DNA from: Hyphochytrium catenoides
Taxonomy: Eukaryota; Protista; Hyphochytriomycota
Assembly: GCA_900088475.1 (NCBI GenBank)
Contig: FLMG01003035.1
Location: 1 to 64,000 of the forward strand
DNA length: 64,000 nucleotides
Direction: 5' to 3'
Shown here: positions 1 through 11,205 of the stretch, piece after piece
Layout: the number at the start of each line of letters is the position of its first letter
How positions within the stretch are numbered: position 1 is the first letter of the stretch
Program-made: the position numbers and the translations under genes
Notes under the pieces: generated by a model
The model's input: only the letters and a program-made list of their open reading frames with translations
Told to the model about the DNA's origin: nothing
The model's database searches: none

Positions 1-806
1 AGAGAGAGAGAGAGAGAAAGAAAGAAAGAAGTAGGGAGCGGGACATGAAAGTAGCTATGCGCGGGGAGGCGAGAGATGAAAGTGAGGGACATTGAAGCAC
101 GCGAGAGGCAGAAAGCAAACAAGCACCACAAAGAGGAGGAGGGTTGAAAGGAAAGTGGCTGTCTTCTTAGGGACCGCAAGCTTCGCCAACAATGAGCCCT
201 GACGGGGATGCCAATCACCTTCCGATGAACTTTATCGGACAGAACCTGGACAAAAGAGGGAGAGGATCCAAGCGCTTCTTTTCTCTCCTTCCTTTCATCG
301 CGTCATTTATTGCCTAGTCCGTAGAGGGGAACGTAACGAAAGACGATCTAAAGTTAATTAGCAAGTCGTCGGCAGCAGCATTCTCTCTAATCTGTCTCCT
401 TTCCCTCACCAAGTCACCCTCCCTCCCTGATTTGTTACGGTCTCTTTCTCTCTCTCTCTCTCTCTCCCTCTGTCTCCTTTCTCTTCTTTGTAATCCCTCT
501 CTAGTGCGGCCAGGAAGCTCGATTCAAACTCAAGAAGAGTCAAAAGAGACGCATGGGAACATGTTTGCCCTATATTTACATTAGTAAGGAAAGGGACCAG
601 CGGCAGCAATGTGCGGCACACCTAGAGGAAGATCGTGAGAGAGAGAAGATACAGGGCTAGACCATGGGATGTGGACCTAGTTGCCCTGAGGAACAAGAGA
701 GAGAGAGAGGTCTGCTTCAGAAAAGCAGGAGCAAGAGGTAGAGGCCACAACAGGAGAAAGAAAGAATGAGATGTGGTCAGAGGACAGTCCTTTCTGTCCG
801 TGCTTT

Positions 807-1787
807 TTACTTCTCACTGGCATCTGAAATAAACTTTTGAGCCTGGAGGGCGCTCAGAACGTTCCTAAGACCGTCCATAGCCTCCCTATCGCGCTTTGTT
901 GCTTGCTGGAAGAAGGACAGCAAGCTGATCTTCGCTAGCTCAACTGAGAGCGTGCTCGTTGGCGCGTCCCCTGACTTACAAGCGGCGCCCTGTAACCCAG
1001 CGCTTTTATCGCAGTCAATGAAGTTCATATGTCCAGCCTTTGACACCTCAAACGCCATAGAATCCCTTGTGCTGGCCTCCTGGAAGCTGCGATAGTTGCA
1101 CTTTGCAGGAGCGCAAGCCTGTAAGCCGCTAGGTCCATACTCTGAGCCCACGAAGAGGTAATCCACGTTCCTCTGGCTGCCCTCCTGCATCGCCTTTAAA
1201 GCAGCAACTGCAGAAGGATTCTGCGCATTGACAGAGCTTCCAGGAGCTGGACAGTCCACAGGATCCAGCACAGCGACAGCTGCGAAGCGGCTATCGAAGG
1301 TGGAAGCAAGGACAGAGGCCTTCCCACCGAGGGAATGACCGAAACCTAAGGCTGTGGAGCGGTCAAAGCTTGCGTCTACGTTGAGATGTGCCCAGTCCAC
1401 CAGCCCACGGGTCAGGTTAGCTCTTGCGCCGTGCAATATCGAAGAGAAGATGCCTTCGGTTGGCGTGTGAGTGACAACGACGTAGCCATAGGAGGCGAGG
1501 TAGCCCATGTAGCTCTCATAGAGGTTGGAGTTCAGCGTGAAGCCCGGAGAGAAGACGATTAGATTGAAGACGGAGGAGAAGGAGCTCGAGCAAGAGGTTG
1601 GTGCGATCACTGTGAGAGGCGAAGAGAAGTAGAGTTAGTCGTGCACACAGAGGAGCAACAGGATAGAGAAAGAGAGAGAGAGGGAGAGAATGAGAGAGGA
1701 GATAGCAAGCAATGAATGTGGGGGAGGGAGAGAATCCACATTGCCACGACGATGTGCATGTGAGAGAGACACAGAGACAGAGACAGA

Positions 1788-1821
<34 letters not shown>

Positions 1822-2116
1822 CTACGGACACCGTGAACAAAAAGCTGGAAAGTTGGAGCAACTGACCTTGTGCAGCTATCTTGCACTTGTTCCCGCACGT
1901 AGCAAACGGAGCGAGATCTACCTCGTGGCTGGACTTGCTCCACTGGCATGGGCCGCTCTGGTTGAAGAATTTGCTCTGTTGCAGGGCAGAGAGAGCATCC
2001 TTATGGATGGCGCCACAGCTCGCAGAGACGAGGGAAGAGGTGTAGATGCTTTGTAGAGCGATGGCGCATGCAGCATTGAGCAAGAGTGCCCTGGAGAAGA
2101 GCTGACGCTGCGCCAT
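807..2116 (-). CDS. Secreted chlorophyllase-like alpha/beta hydrolase, 2 exons (2116-1867, 1609-807)
   Basis: Exon 1 starts with a signal-peptide-like MAQRQLFSRALLLNAACAIALQ. GT donor at 1866, CTAAC branch point and CAG acceptor at 1610 join in frame. Motifs: VFSPGF oxyanion loop, 'LASYGYVVV', nucleophile GHSLGG, acid 'LDPVD' and catalytic His 'AGHMNF', all typical of the chlorophyllase family. Confidence 0.85.
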
Positions 2117-2636
2117 GGTGATAAGATCTTTTCCTGGGAGGCGGGATGAGGTAGGACGGTGGGCTGACTGAGAGAGAGAGACTGCAATGTCCAGAGCAGT
2201 TGGTTGGGCTTCGAAGGCTTGTGGCTATGGTCGGTGGTTGTTTGTTCTCCTGGCCTGGAAAGTTAGGAAGTGAGGAGGGGAAGAAGAAGAGAAGAAGGAA
2301 GACAATGATGCATGAGAAGAAGCAGAGCGAGAGGAGACTGTGAGATGTGAAGAGCCAGAAGGGGAGACGAAGCGAGGGAAGACGAGGAGCTTGAAGCTTA
2401 TCATCAAACTCAAGAGATGATGCTCTCGCGTCTGCTCCTGCTCTTCGCACTTGCGATCGCCCTTTCATGGAGGCGTCAGGGGGGGGGTTTCGCTTTTCAA
2501 ATCTCTGCTCTCAAGAGCCTCTTTCTTTTTTCCTTGTTATCCCTCTTCCCGATCTTAGGGTCCACTGTCTCCTCAGCCTAGAGTCACTTCTCTCTTCCAC
2601 AGTAGCTTTAGCAATCAGGTGCATCCCTCTCACTTA

Positions 2637-2669
<33 letters not shown>

Positions 2670-3908
2670 CTCCCCTTTAGTCTCCTCCTGATCATCCTCC
2701 CTGCTGCCCCTGTGGGGTCCTCCACTTGCGCTGCGGGCTCTGCCACGTCCTTCCTGTCTCTCCAGTACTCTCACTCTCCATCGAAGTGAATTCATCAAGG
2801 CTCGTCGTGCTCTCGTCGCTCTCTCTTCTTTCTAAGCGACCGTAACCATCATGATGGCTCTTTATCCAGGGAAGGAGGAAGAGCGGTTGAGGCAGCAGCA
2901 GGAGGTACAGGCCGCACTGTGGATGAACGGATCAATATTATTGAAAGGGAAGGTGAAGAAGAGAAGAGAAGCCTTTCACGTTTGGTCTGTAGCTCCCTTC
3001 TTTTCTCTCTCAGTCACTTACTTCCGCACCGCCTCCTCCTCTATCTCCTCTCTCCCGCCATAGAGGCAGTTATTCTCTGTCTCGCTCCTCTTTCGGAGCT
3101 TCTTTGTCCTTACTTGAAAGCCTCGTAGCCTTGAACTTTCTCTCTTTGTTCCCCGACCTCTCCCGTAGCCCATCTACTTCTTATGTTCCATAATATTTCC
3201 TCTCTGTCTCGCCTTCTCGCTCTCTCACTTTTTCTGTCTCTCTCTCTCTTCCTCTCTTCCCTTCTCTTCTCCCTCTCTCTTATCTCTCCTCACTCCTGCC
3301 CTATTCTTCCTCTCCTCTCCAGACTTTTATGCTGCTGATAGCTCTCGTGGTGCGACAGAAGAAGAAGCCACTGGACACTTATTTCTTCCTCTTCTTCCCG
3401 TTTGTTTCCCTGTGTCTCTCTTTACTTCTTCAAAAGTAAGCCATAAAAGGCTGCAGGTAGGCGAAGAGACCCATCCACTGATGGCACAGCCATTGCGAAG
3501 TTTACGGGTCAGGTGAGACGTCTGGTCAGGCCAACGATGAGGTAGGAAGAGCCGTGGCCCAGTTGAAGAGAATGCAGCGAAAAGAAGGTCCAAAATATAA
3601 GGAAGAAGTCATGAACCCTTGGACTGTTGAGAGAGAGGAGAGAGCATAGGGAAAGGAAGGTTTAGAAAGAGAGAAACATGGACACCAGAGAGATAACGAA
3701 GGAGATAGTTGAAGGAGAAAAAACGTGCGTGAGGTCACCAAGAAGAAAAGGAGGAGAGAGCAACCATGACACAGAGAGAGAGAGAGAGCCTAGACAGATA
3801 GCAGACCACAAAAGGAGGGACACACCGAAAGCGGTGGGGAGAAACAGGTAGATAGCTGAGAGACAGAATGGATTGAGCGAGCGAGACAGACAGAAAGAGA
3901 GAGAGTGA

Positions 3909-3950
3909 NNNNNNNNNNNNNNNNNNNNNNNNNNNNNNNNNNNNNNNNNN
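3909..3950. other. Assembly gap (N run) inside a (GA)n tract
   Basis: Run of n characters flanked by GA repeats. Confidence 0.99.
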
Positions 3951-4456
3951 GAGAGAGAGAGAGAGAGAGAGAGTGTGTCGTGGTCACCACCTGCGTACCT
4001 ACTGTTCACAGCTCATCATGGGATAGGATGAGAATTACAAGGGACAAGCCCAGTCTTCCGCGCTCTCATGCAGGCGGCCCACTTCCTTTAATCTAACATA
4101 ATATCAGGACAGTCGGCCCAACAAGCTACTGACAGTCATGAGACAGGCCCCAGGTTTTCCAGCCTCGCTGCTCTCTCCGCTCATCATTCTGTTGCCTGCT
4201 GGGCGGATGCGCAGTGACCAGTCCTCTCATTCCCAAAATGCGGCTGGTAGTCCTATGCTGTGAAGAGGGAGGAGGTCTTGAAGTAGCGAACTCCTAGGGA
4301 AGCGAAAGAGGGAGTCTTTCTTTCTCTTTCTCCTTCTCTCTCTCTTTCTCTGTATGCCCTTCTTTTCTCTCTCTTTCCTCAAAAGTCGTCATTCTCTTTG
4401 TCCTTTTCTCTTTCTCTCTCTTCCTTCCCTCTTATTCTCTCTTTTCCTTCGCTGGT

Positions 4457-4460
4457 CCCT

Positions 4461-4531
<71 letters not shown>
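4457..4531 (+). repeat. (CT)n microsatellite
   Basis: Directly visible dinucleotide run. Confidence 0.95.
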
Positions 4532-4799
4532 CAACTAGGAAAGCTAAAACAGTAGTTCATCCGGTGTGTCAAAACCAAGCCAAACCAGGCGTTTCAGTTC
4601 CGCCGTAATAATCGTTTCCACACATCACAACTACAACACACCCTTCGACCTGGGGGATTACAATCGCCCAAATGGTTATTAGCTTCCAGGTATACCCCAG
4701 GAGTTGAAGGCCCCTGACATGCGACAGTCTCCCCTCGTCATCGGCACATCATCTCTCCAAACTCAAACACAGTACTTGGTCACAATGAGTTCAATTATT

Positions 4800-4960
4800 T
4801 CATTCAATGCTGAAATGTTCGTTTCTGATATGTGCTATGGGAACCTTATGATGTGCTGATTGTTTCACCGGTTTATTGCATAGTTTGCACGTGGTGTGTG
4901 AATTTCAACGTGCCCTTTCCCATAGACCGGACACATACAGCAGACCACGAGTTTCGGCGT
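4800..4960 (-). mobile_element. Degenerate BED-type zinc-finger fragment, probable hAT/DNA transposon relic
   Basis: Minus-strand translation SGLWERAR*NSHTTCKLCNKPVKQSAHHKVPIAHIRNEH has W...C-x2-C-x15-H-x4-H spacing with an in-frame TGA. The block is more AT-rich than its flanks and free of microsatellites. Confidence 0.4.
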
Positions 4961-5205
4961 TTGGGCTTTTTCCCCGTCATCAAAGGTACAAGTAACAATG
5001 GCAGGACCCAGCCTCCTGAGATCGTCGCACTTTGGTAGGCCATGTATGGTTATCAAGGGGGTTAGTAAGATGGGTGATAGGAGAGCTATAGGATCCTGTG
5101 ATAGTCGCATTCTTAGGTACTGAAGCAAGAGGCAGGTTTGGAAGGATTTGAAGAGCCTCGGCTGTCGGCTATGCTTCACTGGTCTCTGGGTTCTTTTTGG
5201 TCCTC

Positions 5206-5206
5206 T

Positions 5207-5240
<34 letters not shown>

Positions 5241-5421
5241 TCTCTATCTGTCTCTGTCTCTCCCTTCCTCTCTCTCCCTCTCCCCTCCTCTCTCTCCCTC
5301 TCTCTCTCTTTCTCCTCTCTCTCTTTCCCTCCCTCTCTCTCTCTTTCTCTCTCTCTCTTTCTCTCTCTCTGTCCCCTCCTCTCTCTCCCTCTCTCTCTCT
5401 TTCTCCTCTCTCTCTTTCTCT

Positions 5422-5462
<41 letters not shown>

Positions 5463-5474
5463 TTTCTCTCTCTC
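5206..5474 (+). repeat. Compound polypyrimidine (CT)n/(CCCT/CTTT) tract, about 270 bp
   Basis: Almost pure C/T on the + strand. Confidence 0.95.
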
Positions 5475-8400
5475 GTTTGTGATGAGGGAAAGATCATGCA
5501 ACTCGCCTCCTCTCGCCTGTAGCCCTACGCTTCTTTGGTGTCTTCTCATGTTTGGTCGTGCTGTTCTTCTTCTTATCATCAATTCTTCTTCCTTGCTGGC
5601 CCATCTTCAAGTGCCTCTACAGATGAACGCCTTTTCATCAATTGGGGCCAAAAGGCTCGAAGAGAGAGAGAAGAGGCCCAACAGTAGACGATGAATGCGC
5701 CAACCCTTTCCTCTTTCTCTTCCCTTCACCATCTGTCCAGTGGGTACCTTGCTGAGACTGATGACGACGCCAAACAACGATGCTACTTTGGCTATGAGAA
5801 GCATGACGATGAGTCCAACAGCAGAGAGCCGGCCGTTATGGATAAAGAGTCTCTTATGATGCCTGTCCCATTACTCATTCGTCCAAAGTGACCTGCTCAG
5901 GTCTGTTGTTCCTTGCACGACCAGACAGGATGAGGAGTGCGATGAAAGATCGTGATGCTTCTTCCTTCTCATCATCCTCAGGAGAAATCGAAGAGAACTG
6001 GCTTTGATGAGGCACTTGCTTTCTTTGCGTTGCTGGCCTCGTTCTGCCCTAGCCAATCTTCCTCACAACTCCTCAGCAAGACGATACGCCACCAAGAAGA
6101 TGGAACAGGTGCCACCAACAAGACTGAAAGGGAAGAGATGCCAGTTCTACCTCTGGGCGAGTCATCGAGTCCAAAGTTAACACAGAAAAGTGGCGTCTTT
6201 CTTCTGCTTCAACCTTGTCTTCGCCTCCTTTGTTTCCAAGATGTCCGCCACTTCAAGTGCTTCGTTCGTCTTCTTCTTGCTTGGGCAGCTCTTCTTCAGG
6301 ACGTTCTCGCCTCTTCAAATCAACAGCAAAGCCTGCAGCACAACGGACAAGGGACGGTCCGTCATTAGATGACTGTCCACTGCCCCTGCTGCTGTCAAAA
6401 TTTAGAAGATGGCGATCCCAATAGGTCTTGCTACTTCTGTTGCAAAGGCTCTTCACGCGGCATCTTCTATGAATATCGCGTAAACAGCAAGCGTGGCGAG
6501 CGACAAGAAGTCTCTTCTCTTGGAGAGACGCAGGTGCTCGAGACAGGCCAAGAATGCTCTGAGATATCCCTGATACTTCTACCTTCTTCACTTGCGCTGT
6601 CGCCGCCATATCCAGGCTTCCAGCAACTGCAAGTAGACGAATCACCTACCGGTTATTAGCAGTTAGAGTGTTAGAGGCACATGAATGCTTGCATTTGCTG
6701 CTAGTCAAGGGGCCAGCGTTGCTGCAAGTTGGGATCCTAAGGAACTCAGTCATTGAATGACAGCAGCTCGGAACGTAGCTCCCTCTCCGTAGTCTCAATG
6801 ACGGCACGAAAGGCGATAGTGCTTTCCCCAACCTACATAGAAGATGCACGAGCAAGAACCAACCCCAAACGCTGTCACCTTTTGATGAGCTACGCAGCCG
6901 CCGCCACCCCTTCCGATTTAGATATATTACTGTTGCTCCCCCATCATAGGCCGGTTGAAGATGCACACCAAGAAATCTTATGTCTATGTGCTTGTCTTTC
7001 CTTGCCCAAAACAGATAAATGTATGACAGCGGAGAAGGAACCGCCTCGGTTGTCTTCTTTCTACGCATCCTCGCCAACAATGACGCACTCGTAATATTAT
7101 TAGAAGAGGTAGAAGACGGGAAGTGTTCATCGGATTGTTGCCGGTCAGAAGTGTATGAAGGTAGATCGTTACCCTGCTGCGCGGCCCGCATAATCTAGGA
7201 AGGAAAAGATGATTTGGTTTACCAAGGCGAGGGTTCTAGTGGTTGGCAGGAACTTATCCTAAGCGCACAACTACCGAAGGACTATCACTAGCTCCCTGGA
7301 GGCTGCTCATTCGATCCAGAGTGCCCTATTATGCTGTTCTTTCTCTCTGAGAAGAGAAATCTAGCATGTCTCTAGCAAACTAGCATAGGAAGCCATGCCG
7401 TTGCCATCTGTCTTCTGACTTTCTTATAATAAAGCAGTGCGATTTCCTTCACGACGCAGGGCGGTGCTTCTAGTCCTTCTTGTCTCTAGGATACCGATCG
7501 ACCTACGCACTAATGTTTTGTCGTGCCAATCCAGGAGCGACGGCCGCACCAGTGCCGCTAAGCTTATGTCAAGTCTTGATAAAATCTCTTGTTAACCGCG
7601 CATTCCTGGTTGGCTGCAACGCTATAGAAAGGTTACGCGGATTAGACCCGTCAGAAGGATTGACTGCTCACTTCTGGGCAGGAAGGTCCAGCACTCACTG
7701 CGCAGGAGCCTCCTCGTGCTGTGATGAACTCGCTGGCAGACAAAGGAAGAATTTAAGGGCTCAAGAGTTGTGCGAGAGGGCTAGACCGCCATGTGTCCTC
7801 CTTTTATGGCAACACAAAGGTATCTTGACGAGTGTTCTAGCCATGAGGAGCGACTTATGAGAAGTGGGTCGCTTGATCAAGGACTTTGTTCACCTAGTGA
7901 GGCATGCGTCCCGCTTCCATCATGGAGACCGCATTTTCTTCTGGCTCGCTAGAGGCTAGAGCCTACTACTGTGAGGCTGCTGCTTCTCCTTGACTTATTG
8001 ACACGCTTCTCCTCGACATTGACCGTCTTCTTGGTCACTGCTGCAGCGTGCTGAGTGCTGACGGATCTCATCAGGCTCCACTACGGCGAAGATCTGCATA
8101 CATCGCCCTTGCTTGACTTGACCTTTGGCCAGACATTCACTTGTGTCTTCACACCTCTGTAGAGGACCGCTAACGGTCAATTCCTAGCAAGCAGCTGGGG
8201 TAGCCGGTGACCGTCAGTTATACGAGCGTTACCGGCTATCTGCCGGCTGTTACCGCCATCTGTGGGTGGAGCTTCGAAGCGTCAATAATCTCCGTCCATC
8301 AGAAAGCTGCAGATTAGTCATCGCGTCTGCACCTTCCTCGCCTTCGCAGCAGACGGGGCGAGATAGGAACTTAGAGCTTCAGTCAGAGTCTAACTGGCAT

Positions 8401-8519
8401 CACCTCCAGATCTATCGATGCAGGCGCAGCCCGGAACCCGCCATTCTAGTGCGAGGGATCCGTAGACGGCAGCCTCGGTGAGAGCCGACTCAAGGGCAAT
8501 AAAGAAGAGTTAGCGCACC

Positions 8520-11164
8520 ATGTCCGTCTCCACCTTGCAATTTCGGTAAGAAGCTGAGACATACCTAGATCACGAAAGAGGTTGGGGCGATAGGTTCTAT
8601 GGGTTCTGACCTTTATCTTCACGTGCAGTTATGCTGTGGGTCTGAAGACTAGTGTGCAAGGCTCTCCAGCCTTCGTGGATGACACGCACGTCCTCTATGT
8701 TTCTGGAAACAATCTGATCCTCCACGACATCCAGACCAATGAGCAGAAGTACATCCCCTCAAGCCCCACCTGTGAGTCTATTACCTGCCTCTCTGTCAGC
8801 CATGGGAACCGCTATGTGGCCTTTGGAGAGCTTGGCTGTCCCTCATCCATCAGCATCTTTGACCTCCGAACCTTGAAGAGAAGGGCAACGGTTCCTTACC
8901 CGGAGAGTCATGGCAAAGCCTTCCTTGCGCTGGACTTTAGTATGGACGTACAGTCACTGGCGGTCTTGGTATGTCTTGGGGATAAGCGCCATCTCCTTTC
9001 CTTTTCTTCACTGTCTTTCTCTGTCTCGAGCATGTGTCGACCGTTCTCCGTAGGGGAGCACCATGACTGTCCTTCTTAATCTCTCTCTCCCTTCGTCCTT
9101 TTCTGCTTGATATCTCCTCCGTCTATGTCAAGTTCTCCTGAAGGCGTACAGACGAAGCTCCAAATCTGTCTGTCTGTCTGCCTGTCTCTCTCTGTGTCTC
9201 TCCTCATAAACGAGAGCTCCTCACGCCGCCCACATCTCTTTGTATCTCCCTCTGCTCTCTTCTCTCTGTCCATAGTTGGAGGGCCCAGACTACCAAGTGG
9301 CCGTGTGGAACTGGTCCAAGGGCGTCCTCTTGGCCTCTCTTACGGACCCGACGCTGGCAGGAGAGCCTTCTCAATACTCTGCGGCCTATGGTGCCACCTC
9401 ACCAGCCTCTCCTAAAGCGTCAGAGGGCAGTGGCAAAGGGGAGGAGAAAGAGAGTCAGTCAGGTCCTGTCTCTCTTTCTCCTGACAAGTCAGCAGTCTTT
9501 GTCCCGCCCTATGGGAAGGGAGACAGATCTGGAAACGTCATCTGCGCCTTTAACCCCTCAGACTCGTCGATGCTCTGTGTGGGATCTAGCCATATCATCC
9601 GCTTCTTCCGAACTGTGGACGACGGACTTAGGTGCTTTTCCTTCCTAAGCTTTCTCTATTATCTTTCGCATCCACTCTCCTTATCTTGTCTTTTGCTTAA
9701 GTACTTGGCAATAAGACCGCTTCTCCATCTCTCTTAGCGATCACATCCTCCTTGATCAAAGTGTGTAGGCACGAGAGAAGCAAAGCACCTTAAAACTCTC
9801 TCTTCTCTCCCCTATCCGCTCCTGGTTATCCCTTTCTTCTTCGCAATATCTTTGCTTAGATTTCCCCTCGGTGGCCTTGTGTCTCACTCACTGTCGCTAT
9901 TATCTCTTGAAGAACATTGCCTTCCGTAACTCCGGAGTCTAGTGAGTTCACTGCCAGCACCTGGATGAGGACGAGATCGGACTGTATCATCGCCTCCAAT
10001 GCCACTGGCTCTCTGGTCGTGCTCAAGGTAGGGTACAGAAGGCGATAGCTCAAGCTATTCAAGAGATTGGAAGGAGTAGGACGAGGGCTAGGTGGAAACG
10101 ACTGGTAGGATGGGATAATGAGAAAACACGGAAAGCTTACCCTAGAAGAGTGAGATGTCGAAAGAGCTTGGTGGGCAGCGCAGGGTTGCCATCGAAAAAT
10201 GACAGCAACAGCGCTTCATCTGGTTGAACTCTCTCTCATAAAAGTACATGCACAGGCAGGAGAGAAGGTGCTGGAGTATCCTTTACCCTCCTCTATTGAG
10301 AAGAGATGGATCTGCTCTATCGTAGAGACAAGCCGTGGGCTGCTGGTGTGCGGAATGCAAGGCGGGAGCGTTGTGGTGCTGGAGTGCAAAGAGACAGAGG
10401 ACTCTATCTCTTTCTCTTTTCTAAAGCAAGTTTCTCCAGATGATAGCACGCCTCTTACTGCCAGGGTACGCGGTTGCGGAAGTCATCACTCTCTATCACT
10501 CGCCACTTGTCCAGTCTGATTCTTTAGCTTCTCTCTCTTCGATACGCTTCCTTTCTCTTCTCCTTGCAAAAAGCTCATAACCACGGCCCACCGTAGCTTC
10601 TTCTCCCAGCCGTTGTCGTTTTTCTTCCATCATTGCTGTGGCCGCTCACCCCTTTGTGTCTTATGTCTCAATCATCCGCTCCTTTGTTGGGCAGGTTGTC
10701 TCTCTGGCTGCAAACCCGGCAGGAAACCTCTTAGTCTGCATCTCCTCTCACAGCCAAATGGCGAGCCTTAACATAGAGAAGACAGCGCTTCAGACTGCCT
10801 CGAAGCTCTCTCCTATGAGGATCAGCTACCATATAAAGGCGGTAAGGCGGACTTTTGGCAGACTGCCAGACACTTCTCTATGTGCCTCTTCCTATATCTT
10901 AGTATAGAGAAAGAGAGCGTTACTGTCCATAGCTCCATGTTTTTCTTCGTGCACCAGGACCCTCTGCCTCTTACTCTCTTGGTCACTGCAGGAGCGCACT
11001 CCTTGTCACATTCTGGGGATGGATATATGCTCACGGAAGCCGCTGGTGGTAACTTGTGGCACTGACAAGACCGTTCGGACCTGGAACTTCCAAACAAACA
11101 AAGAGGAAGTTTACAAAGCCTTCGCTGAGGACGCCTACAGCGTCTCTCTTCATCCCTCAGGTAC

Positions 11165-11205
<41 letters not shown>

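Noticed and set aside
4550-4565. CAGTAGTTCATCCGG as the TIR of an intact hAT element
   Set aside because: No matching inverted copy or target-site duplication was found by eye, and there is no transposase catalytic domain.
4865-5694. Long ORFs rich in ER/RE or LS/SL (for example 4865-5497, 5197-5694; likewise 50131-51052 and 62423-62891)
   Set aside because: They are translations of (GA)n/(CT)n microsatellites, which lack stop codons, and show no domain content.
5691-7094. Stop-codon reassignment (alternative genetic code) explaining in-frame TAG/TGA
   Set aside because: Conserved genes in the window have uninterrupted exons and terminate with TAA, TAG and TGA normally.
8228-8256. GTTACC half-sites as RFX X-boxes upstream of CFAP57
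   Set aside because: The second half-site (RGYAAC) is missing, and RFX factors are not expected in this lineage.
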